Assembly (NCBI RefSeq): GCF_018977255.1
Contig: NW_024704742.1
Coordinates: 32,056,001-32,120,000, forward strand
Reading direction: 5' to 3'
From: Callorhinchus milii
Lineage: Eukaryota
DNA length: 64,000 bases
Under the pieces are notes generated by a model. That model did no database searches, was not told where the DNA came from, and was given only the letters and a program-made list of their open reading frames with translations. The position numbers and the translations under genes were made by a program. Below, piece after piece: positions 55,201-61,320 of this stretch. Position 1 is the stretch's first letter. Each line of letters opens with the position of its first letter.

Positions 55201-55923
55201 GGGGGGGGGAGGCGGCCCCGGGGGGGGGGGGGGAGGGAGGCGGCCCCGGGGGGAGGGAGGCGGCCCCGGGGGGGGGGGGGGAGGGAGGCGGCCCCGGGGG
55301 GGAGGGAGGCGGCCACGGGGGGGGGTTGCGCGGGGCGGCGCAGCTCATCCCTCCCGAGCCAGAATTTGTGAGTTTTCGGGACGGGACCGGGGTCGGGGCT
55401 GAGGGAGAGGAAGAAAATAATACGAGTTCTTTTTTTGTATATATATATATATATATATAAAACATATATATATATGTACATATATCTATAGCTAATGTGA
55501 AGAAGGTATTCCTGAGTGAAAGGGGGTAAGTCGGACTCCCACACTTATCCAACGGGCAACACCCGGGACAAAGAAACAGGACCCGCCCGGGGGGGGGGGG
55601 GGGGTCCTCCCCTGATCCTACTAAAAGATCATCGGCCTCCGGACGGACCCAGTCATCGCCACCCACCCATCCATCTCCCTCCCTCCCGGGACGGAGGCCC
55701 CCCCTTCCCCTGGTGCCTCACCCCCCTGACCCCGGCTCCTTCACCTGCACCGCCACCCCCTCCGCCACAGAGAAGCCGCTTCCCCCCCCCCCACCCTTCC
55801 CCCGTGTCGGGCAAGAAGAGGCCTGGAGCGGCCCGGGGACGCAGTTTCAGAGCAGAGAGGAGCAACACAGGAGCAGGGGAGCGGCGGGGAGGGTGGTGCT
55901 GGTACCTGGGTGTAGGGATCCAT
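19134..55923 (-). CDS. ANLN: Anillin, whole spliced CDS span (24 coding exons, about 1219 aa after restoring 1 bp in exon 5)
   Basis: Exon translations match vertebrate anillin from [23 protein letters not shown] through the anillin-homology region to the C-terminal PH domain ([10 protein letters not shown]...[11 protein letters not shown]). Exon lengths sum to 3659 nt, or 3660 with one base restored. Confidence 0.98.
19512..19650. repeat. AT-only low-complexity tract grown from a SINE (att)n tail
   Basis: Follows the SINE 3' fragment at about 19425-19520. Confidence 0.85.
20029..20201 (-). CDS. ANLN: ANLN exon 23 ([57 protein letters not shown])
   Basis: Matches ORF 20025..20207; 173 nt, phase 0 to 2. 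Confidence 0.98.
22988..23095 (-). CDS. ANLN: ANLN exon 22 ([36 protein letters not shown]), PH domain
   Basis: Highly conserved PH-domain segment; 108 nt. Confidence 0.98.
23839..23925 (-). CDS. ANLN: ANLN exon 21 ([29 protein letters not shown])
   Basis: Conserved sequence; ttcag|GTT acceptor, CTG|gtaag donor; 87 nt. Confidence 0.97.
24585..24860 (+). mobile_element. 5'-truncated tRNA-derived SINE
   Basis: Family body and tail. Confidence 0.85.
26530..26642 (-). CDS. ANLN: ANLN exon 20 ([38 protein letters not shown])
   Basis: Conserved SPGG..AVR.SNF..VGSY motif; 113 nt, phase 1 to 0. Confidence 0.97.
26905..27290 (+). mobile_element. Deu-domain SINE (SacSINE1/AmnSINE1 superfamily-like)
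   Basis: tRNA-like head followed by gatgagacattaaatcgagg...tctgcctgttcaggtggacgttaagatcccatggcactattt, matching the Deu core as recalled. Confidence 0.75.
28067..28088 (-). CDS. ANLN: ANLN exon 19, 22-nt micro-exon (KSNIHTP)
   Basis: aacag|AAA acceptor, G|gtaagt donor; human has KSNIHSS; supplies the required phase 0 to 1 change. Confidence 0.93.
28868..28903 (-). CDS. ANLN: ANLN exon 18 ([12 protein letters not shown])
   Basis: Same peptide as human; ttcag|GCT acceptor, ACA|gtaagt donor; 36 nt. Confidence 0.96.
29311..29573 (-). mobile_element. tRNA-derived SINE with internal deletion
   Basis: Head ggagtcctgtagctcagtggttagagcactcgcc. Confidence 0.88.
30859..30915 (-). CDS. ANLN: ANLN exon 17 ([19 protein letters not shown]), polybasic loop
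   Basis: tttag|GCA acceptor, AAG|gtaa donor; 57 nt; human has DKKKKTSKSK. Confidence 0.95.
31127..31175 (-). CDS. ANLN: ANLN exon 16 ([16 protein letters not shown])
   Basis: Nearly identical to human [16 protein letters not shown]; 49 nt, phase 2 to 0. Confidence 0.96.
32393..32519 (-). CDS. ANLN: ANLN exon 15 ([43 protein letters not shown])
   Basis: Conserved [10 protein letters not shown] motif; 127 nt, phase 1 to 2. Confidence 0.96.
33313..33501 (-). CDS. ANLN: ANLN exon 14 ([15 protein letters not shown]...[21 protein letters not shown])
   Basis: Conserved [12 protein letters not shown] motif; 189 nt, phase 1 to 1. Confidence 0.97.
34761..35135 (-). mobile_element. Deu-domain SINE fragment
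   Basis: gggatctttaatatccacctgaaca...ggtttaacatctcatc. Confidence 0.7.
35505..35640 (-). CDS. ANLN: ANLN exon 13 ([23 protein letters not shown]...[11 protein letters not shown]), Rho-binding region
   Basis: Conserved QASQALNCC and EAEAERLLL motifs; 136 nt, phase 0 to 1. Confidence 0.97.
35873..36020 (-). CDS. ANLN: ANLN exon 12 ([29 protein letters not shown]...NIKQRMK)
   Basis: Conserved SIDAYRSQR motif; 148 nt, phase 2 to 0. Confidence 0.97.
36306..36660 (-). mobile_element. Full-length tRNA-derived SINE
   Basis: Intact A and B boxes, body and tail. Confidence 0.9.
37338..37492 (-). CDS. ANLN: ANLN exon 11 (LVSKT...[18 protein letters not shown]...LLY)
   Basis: Conserved KFQRTR.RAES motif; acceptor tacaaaag|CTG is an AAG type; AG|gtat donor; 155 nt, phase 0 to 2. 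Confidence 0.92.
37790..37980 (-). CDS. ANLN: ANLN exon 10 ([20 protein letters not shown]...[18 protein letters not shown])
   Basis: Conserved EMSVDD and [12 protein letters not shown] motifs; 191 nt, phase 1 to 0. Confidence 0.96.
38900..39043 (-). CDS. ANLN: ANLN exon 9 ([25 protein letters not shown]...DDERNP)
   Basis: ctag|CT acceptor, G|gtgag donor; KSSPL motif shared with human; 144 nt, phase 1 to 1. Confidence 0.87.
39320..39606 (-). mobile_element. tRNA-derived SINE
   Basis: Partly deleted head, family body and tail. Confidence 0.85.
39962..40145 (-). CDS. ANLN: ANLN exon 8 (ETDVSPLGT...VTSTESA)
   Basis: tgtag|GAG acceptor, G|gtac donor; open frame; 184 nt, phase 0 to 1; poorly conserved region. 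Confidence 0.85.
40977..41078 (-). CDS. ANLN: ANLN exon 7 ([34 protein letters not shown])
   Basis: ttcag|GAG acceptor, AAG|gtatg donor; 102 nt; corresponds to human ERQKELACLRGRF. Confidence 0.94.
41800..43193 (+). mobile_element. 5'-truncated L2 LINE with frameshifted RT domain, containing a SINE fragment at about 42733-42848
   Basis: [42 protein letters not shown] and LHWLPV motifs across shifted ORFs; (ttg)n tail. Confidence 0.93.
43801..43991 (-). CDS. ANLN: ANLN exon 6 ([18 protein letters not shown]...[14 protein letters not shown]...QQLKQ)
   Basis: Highly conserved anillin motifs; 191 nt, phase 1 to 0. Confidence 0.96.
45058..45651 (-). CDS. ANLN: ANLN exon 5, containing the 72-bp coding tandem repeat and an apparent 1-bp frameshift near 45509
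   Basis: ttag|ACC acceptor; ends NLTP-G|gtac, matching human TTPG|GTG. 594 nt as given, but the flanking phases (0 to 1) require 595. Confidence 0.88.
45141..45622 (-). repeat. Coding minisatellite, 72-bp unit, about 6.5 copies
   Basis: Equivalent positions at 45167, 45239, 45311, 45383, 45455, 45526 and 45598 (spacings 72, 72, 72, 72, 71, 72). Confidence 0.95.
46387..46700 (-). CDS. ANLN: ANLN exon 4 (DVASPVKL...[19 protein letters not shown]...PVVLQ)
   Basis: Conserved GRRxRLxNLAATIxSWEDD and QPGTACL motifs; ttag|AT acceptor, CAG|gtag donor; 314 nt, phase 1 to 0. Confidence 0.93.
48688..48939 (-). CDS. ANLN: ANLN exon 3 ([15 protein letters not shown]...[19 protein letters not shown])
   Basis: ttcag|TG acceptor, G|gtaag donor; 252 nt, phase 1 to 1; conserved [10 protein letters not shown] and SVKxRMQxLA motifs. 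Confidence 0.95.
49560..49750 (-). mobile_element. SINE 3' half next to the ANLN exon 2 donor
   Basis: Family tail and body. Confidence 0.8.
49784..49931 (-). CDS. ANLN: ANLN exon 2 ([49 protein letters not shown])
   Basis: ctag|AAA acceptor, G|gtaag donor; 148 nt, phase 0 to 1. Confidence 0.96.
51155..51600 (+). mobile_element. L2 LINE 3' end
   Basis: [22 protein letters not shown] in ORF 51135..51344; shared L2 tail. Confidence 0.88.
53810..54235 (-). mobile_element. Deu-domain SINE, near full length
   Basis: Reverse-complement similarity to 26905-27290 (aatagtgccataggatcttt...ggtttaacatctca). Confidence 0.75.
54858..55075 (-). mobile_element. L2 3' terminal fragment
   Basis: Tail nearly identical to the copy at 60803-61040. 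Confidence 0.8.
55126..55330. repeat. GC-rich minisatellite, gaggcggcccc(g)n, about 9 units
   Basis: Directly visible tandem units with variable-length G runs. Confidence 0.9.
55438..55490. repeat. (TA)n microsatellite
   Basis: Visible TA run. Confidence 0.9.
55906..55923 (-). CDS. ANLN: ANLN exon 1 coding part (MDPYTQ)
   Basis: Strong Kozak context gtcgccATGG; CAG|gtacc donor; human start is MDPFTE. Confidence 0.95.
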
Positions 55924-55982
55924 GGCGACCTTCCTCCTCGCTCCTGTCTCTCTCTCTCGCGCGCCCGTAAGCTCAGCTCTGG

Positions 55983-55996
55983 TTCAAATATTTGAA
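55983..55996. promoter_or_regulatory. Palindromic double CHR element TTCAAATATTTGAA
   Basis: TTTGAA on both strands about 60 bp upstream of the ATG. CHR is the MuvB/DREAM site of G2/M genes. Confidence 0.75.
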
Positions 55997-56068
55997 TCTC
56001 AGCGCCGTTTAACGCCAAGTCGTCTGTGTTCGCAAAGCACCATGGGCCGCGGGGGGGGCGGGGTTACA

Positions 56069-56078
56069 CCATATAAGG
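56069..56078. promoter_or_regulatory. CArG box CCATATAAGG (SRF consensus)
   Basis: Exact CC(A/T)6GG match in the proximal promoter. Confidence 0.55.
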
Positions 56079-56114
56079 AAGAGGATGGTCGGTGGCCCAC
56101 CTCCGGCACTGTCG

Positions 56115-56252
56115 CCAATCACAAACACGGGATCCGCTGACTGACAAGGCGGACTGTGCAATCGGCGACGTCGCTCTTTACAGAGACCCCGCCTTGTCCA
56201 GTCCCCCGCCCCAGACAGACGGACGGGCGGGTTTCACGCCCGATTGGGCGGG
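56115..56252. promoter_or_regulatory. CCAAT boxes (56115-56119, 56243-56247) and Sp1-type GC boxes (about 56187, 56203, 56225, 56246)
   Basis: Motifs read directly; typical layout of cell-cycle promoters. Confidence 0.6.
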
Positions 56253-56392
56253 TTTGGTTGCACTGTGTGCCTGGGGGCTTCAGGCGGGTGCTTCATTTTT
56301 TTTTTTAAAAATTGTTTTTATTTAAACCTGCAAAACGCTTGCGGGTTTTTGTTTTCCCTTGAAGACCTTGCACGGTACTACTACTACTACTC

Positions 56393-56710
56393 ATAATAAT
56401 AATCCTCGCATTTGATATAGCGCCTTTCACGTCGGGAGGACGTCCCGAATCGCTTCACAGAACACACGGTCGAGTGAATTGACTGTATATTTGTGGGCGA
56501 ACGCGGCGGCCAATTGCGCACAACAATGTCCCACAAACAGTCGTAGATTGAAAAATGACCAATTTATTATTGTTTTGGGTTTTGGAGGGATTATTATTAG
56601 GCTCTGTGTGGAGTAAGGAAACTTGCCCAAGGTTTCGCCCTCTGCCTGGAATTGAACTCAGGTCTCTCACTTGCAAAGCGAGTGCTCTAACCACTGAGCT
56701 ATAGGACTCC
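56393..56710 (-). mobile_element. Full-length CpG-rich tRNA-derived SINE upstream of the ANLN promoter
   Basis: Intact head, body and tail with many CpGs retained. Confidence 0.9.
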
Positions 56711-57499
56711 ACAATTTAAAGCGACCGCTCTCCTATCCAAAGAAGACAAAGCGTAATATTTAGGGCTGGTGTTTGGTGGACTTTGGGCTACAAACGTGTT
56801 TTAATCTCTGGCCGCCCTGATGTTGGGGAGCCTTACTCTGGAAATGTGGTGCCTTAGATAGTCCAAACCCTGAACGCGTCTCTTGAATACAATACAAACT
56901 TACGTTTATATAGCGCCTTTCATGTCGGGAGGACGTCCACGTAGTCCACGGCGGTTAAATCTGAAATCTGCTGACACAGCTCCAAGACGGTGCTCCCAAT
57001 CGAGAGAAGCCATTGGCAGAGTGACCATGTTTTTGGCAGGCGATTTGCCAGCCGGCAGCACCGCCACGCTCTACTTCTTTAAATAAAAATGTCAGAGAGT
57101 GGGTGAGGTCAGCTAACCTGCGGAGACATGGCACTGGCTGGAAGTCAGATTCTGCAACCTGACTTGCAGCAACGGCGTTGAGAATAGTGTTGTGGGGGAG
57201 CGGAGACGGACATCTGTGGACATTGACATTTGGGTTCATTACACATCAATGCAGTTTACATTTATATCACTCCCTTCACGTCAGGAGGGCGTCTCAAAGC
57301 GCTCGACACTGCTGCCTGAGCACACAAGCCTGGGGGTGGGTAGGCAAAAGTTGACCGAAAGTGCGGTCAAACCTAATTTTAGATCTGCAGCTCAGCAAAT
57401 TCAAGAGTTTAATACTTATCTATTTGGCAAGTCATTCAATTGAGGCAGAAGAGATGCAGTGGTGTGGGTAGGCTTTTTAGTTTCTAGCTCATTACAGAG

Positions 57500-58500
57500 T
57501 ACTAGGCATTAGTTGGCCAGAGCCAAGGAGTGTGCATTGAGGTACTGCTGGAGATACCAGCTAAAACTGCACAGCTTGCCATTGGGAGCTATCTGGCAAG
57601 CTTTCCCAGTGCTTGTCCGGCTAGAACCACCCTATCTATTAGGACTAAGGTTTGCAGGGTTAATAAGAGTTGAGTGAGAAGAGTCTCTGCCCCCTGTGAT
57701 TGGTCTGCCCTTCCAAGATCTGCCGATGAACCAGGCTAACTGGAGCACCACTGATGCCCTGGAAGTAGAGAAGGATATAGTCAGGGCCTGAAGAGAAAAA
57801 AGTGAATAGTCTGGATGGTAGTGTTCCTGGAAATTTGGAGATGGAGGGCTCAGGACGCTGCTGCAAGATGGGGAGTGTGTTTCCAGGCCGATGACTGTAG
57901 TCAGGGTGGCAATGGTGTGGTGCGATCCTGATCAGTGTTGAAAAACTAGGGAGTTGGGACCGAAAGGATGAAAATGAGAGCCGTGGTCCCAAGATGGGAG
58001 AAAGAACAGGATCTTCAGCTCGAGCTGTTGTGGGCGAAGATAATCCCACGGTGAGTTGGATGGAAGGCGGTTGATTTGAAAATGATGCTGGGAAGTCTAG
58101 CGTGACATCACGGTCATCTTCTGGAACACTTGGTAATTACTGCGAAGATAGTATCCAGTCTTTGGATGTCTCAAAATCAAGAGTTTGATTGATGACTGAA
58201 TTCAAAGCAGGATGATTAAAATGCAATGTAAATACGCATCTGCTGCTTGGCAGCACTTTCCGTGAGGGACAATTCCCATCACAGTCGGTAGAAAATTAGC
58301 CAACGGACTTCTGTCTACAGATTTGATGTAATCTCTTGTAAACTGCTGCCAAGCGCTGGGTATGTCTGGTAAGATATGATCCAAATTGCACCACAGATAT
58401 GTATCTAACTGATATTGCTTTGTAGTTTGAGCAGATGCGCTCGTAATGCTTGCTGAGTAAAATCTTTCAAAGCTTAAGGTAAAATCATCCAGAAAGGCAT
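57500..58500 (-). repeat. Unclassified old interspersed repeat with a decayed reading frame; shorter copies at about 10195-10435 and 36990-37170
   Basis: Shared blocks such as ccagctaaaa...ttgccattg...ttaggg(c/a)t...agggttaa occur in all three copies. Confidence 0.6.
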
Positions 58501-58807
58501 TTTTGATGTTTTTTTTAAAAAAATTCAAGAAACCAATCAACACAAAGGTAAACCTCCAAATACACCCAGTGTTGCAACAGTGAGCAGTAGATTTTATTTA
58601 ATTTTTAAATTGCAGTGAAATTTGCTTTGTTTTTAGTGGGTTGCTGAATGCAGCCCCCTAAGTGATTAATGACTTATCAGTGAGATTTCACAGTGAGCTG
58701 TTCATCTTTGTCACCGCTGCTTTCAATTATATATCACGGCATATTTGAACACATACATCTCAAGAACATTATGATGCTGAGTCCAGCTACAGGTCAGGGA
58801 ACACAAT

Positions 58808-59465
58808 GATAATAATCCTTGCATTTGTTATAGAACCTTTCAAGTTGAAAGGACATCTCAATGCAATGCACATGATTTACTGTGAAGTGGAGTAACTGTG
58901 TATAGCACTGGGACGCTATCCCGTGTGAAGGGCGCTATATAAATACAAGTTGTTGTTTTAGGCGAATGCCCAGTTGCACATGGCAATGTCCCACAAGCAG
59001 CCAAGAAATGACATTTTATTTACAGTGAAACTCTGATAAGTTCCCCTGGGATAAGTCATCAACCCCACATAACGAGTCATTCACTCAATATCCCAGCTAT
59101 TCGAGAAACTGTACTTTGGATAAATAATCAACTCCGATATGTAGTCTTTTGAGCTATTTCCCTTGGTGTGACGAGTTATCAAAGTTTCACTGTATTTTTA
59201 AAAAGAAATTTGAGGGATTGTTGGCCAGGACAACTCGCTTCTCTTTTTGAGTAGTGTCATGGGATCTTTAACATCCACCTGAATAGGCCGATGAGACCTC
59301 ATTTATCGTGTTATCCAAAGGATAACCAACAATGCACCCGCCCACCACCCACCCACCCACTCACCCACCCACCCAACACTGCCAATGGTTTATAGACTAT
59401 GTGAGTTTTTGAATCCAAAACCTTCGGACTCAAAGGTAAGAATGCTATCAATTGAGCCAGGCTGA
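58808..59465 (-). mobile_element. Deu-domain SINE carrying a nested MITE
   Basis: Tail at 58808, Deu core at 59250-59320, head ending at about 59465. Confidence 0.7.
59023..59192. mobile_element. 170-bp MITE, Tc1/mariner superfamily (pogo/Tigger type)
   Basis: 17-bp TIRs CAGTGAAACT(C/T)TGATAA with 1 mismatch; TA on both flanks (59021-59022, 59193-59194). Confidence 0.85.
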
Positions 59466-60096
59466 ACCTTTTCCTCTGTTAATTTGGAACATACATACTA
59501 ACATTCTCCTTAAATCTAATTATTTTATTGGATAATACATTATCAATATTAAAAAAAAATGTGGGTAACTATGCACTTTTCAACAGGTCGGATGTTAGTG
59601 CTGGGAAATGCAACACTCTCCCATTTTAGGCATCCAGTGTCAGATTTTTCTGAAAGAGTCAAACTGACATTTCTATGCTAACTAAAGGGGAAGCTACCTC
59701 ACACGGAAGGCACTCACTCTATTTATAATCGTGTTCTCCTTGAACTCTTCCCTTTATCACATTTTAGCCGATCAACATTGCTCTGTTGTGTCCCTGAGGA
59801 GGGTCAGAACTGTTTGAAAAGTTGCCGCCACTTTCCAGGGACTGTAGTGGTTACTACGGTGTTTCGAAGAGCTCAAGGCAATAACTGACATTCATCTCCA
59901 GTTTGTGAAAACACGATTGCGCAGTAAGTAGATTTTCAGCACTTTCCAAAGACATTTGTTTCTACTGGCAGTAATCAGTCCAGAGGTCAGTCAGCAAATT
60001 TAACAAATTGTTGAGGAACGTTGCTTCATACCTTGTGCGCCACTAGACAGTGCCTTTACCGATTTGAAGACCAAGTTCTAAAAAAATCCCCCCAAA

Positions 60097-60592
60097 AATC
60101 CTTGGTTTCAGTATAGCACCTTTCATGTCGGGAGAACATCCCAAAGCATTTCGCAGGTTACATTGTAAAGTGGAGTGACTGTTTTGTGGGCAAACACAGC
60201 AAATAATTTGGCACAGCAATATCCCAGAAACATATACAGTCAATTCACTTTGCAATATATTCTATGAAGCACTTTGAGACATCTCAATGACGTGATAAGC
60301 TGCTATATTAAATGCAAGGATTATTATTAAACAGCCACAGAGTGATTGACCAATTTTTAGTTTGGGGGATTATTGGTCACGACACTGTGAGAAATTCTCT
60401 TCTCTTTTCGAATAGGGTCTTTAATGTCCTCTTGGCCAGGCGGACAGGGCCTCATCTGAAGGACGGCATCTCCAACAATGCAACACGCCAGTACTGCATT
60501 GGAGTGTCATCTTAGACGTGTTCTGATGTGGGGCTTGAACACACAATCTTCTGACTCCGAGACAAGAGCGCTACCAAACTGAGGCAGACTGA
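60097..60592 (-). mobile_element. Deu-domain SINE with a nested plus-strand SINE tail (about 60231-60330)
   Basis: Head near 60590; the insert is flanked by aaaca on both sides. Confidence 0.7.
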
Positions 60593-60802
60593 CTGTCTCA
60601 GAATGGGGAACTCCTTTATAATTATTTCCTTGCATTAGCAAACAGCATATGTTAGATTTTGCCATCTAATTTTAATTTCCTAAATAGACAGAAACCTAAG
60701 CTGCTCCAAATCCTATAAATCCTGCTCTTTAACTGCCTATTAGAAAGCTCCCAAGAGTAGCCCAGGTGCTCTGAGATGCTTTAGCTCTGATGAAATATGT
60801 CA

Positions 60803-61320
60803 AGCAACAGACAACAACAACAACAACAAGATTCCATTTATAGAGCGCCTTTCACATCGGGAGGACGTCCCAAGGCGCTGGACAGTTGGGTCAGGACCCG
60901 AGCGGGGGAAATGGTCAGGGTGAGGGGAGGGAAGGGAAGGAGCGAGGGGGGGGAAATGGTCAGGGTGAGGGGAGGGAAGGGGAGCGAGGAGGGAGTAGAG
61001 AGTCGAGAGGGGAGCTGAAGGCACGGTCAAAGAGAAAGGTCTTGAGACCGGCCTTGAAGGAGGAAAGGGAGGAAGTGGCGAAGGCACTGGGGGATAGAGT
61101 TCCAGAGCCTCGGGGCTGAGAGGCTGAAGGCCCGGCCACCGATGGTAGGGCGGTTGGGGGGGGATGTGGAGCAGACCGGAGCCAGAGGAACGGAGGGTAT
61201 GGGCAGGTAGGTAGGGGGATAATAGGTCGTAGAGGTAGGAGGGAGCAAGGCCGTGAATGGCCTTGTAGGTGAGGATGAGGATCTTGAATTCGATCCTCTG
61301 GGGGATGGGGAGCCAGTGGA
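60803..61320 (-). mobile_element. L2 LINE 3' end with an internal duplication of about 43 bp (60905-60990)
   Basis: LHWLPIPQRIEFKILILTYKAIHGLAPSYL in ORF 60800..61342; GGRAFSLSAPRLWNSIP in a shifted frame. Confidence 0.9.

Larger units (their letters stand above)
55060..56290. promoter_or_regulatory. CpG island covering the ANLN promoter, exon 1 and start of intron 1
   Basis: Sharp rise in GC and CpG content around the start codon against an AT-rich background. Confidence 0.9.

Noticed and set aside
54882..56018. Long Pro/Gly-rich ORFs of about 90-220 aa that look formin-like
   Set aside because: Products of the GC minisatellite and CpG island, open in many frames; only the 18-nt MDPYTQ exon is supported.
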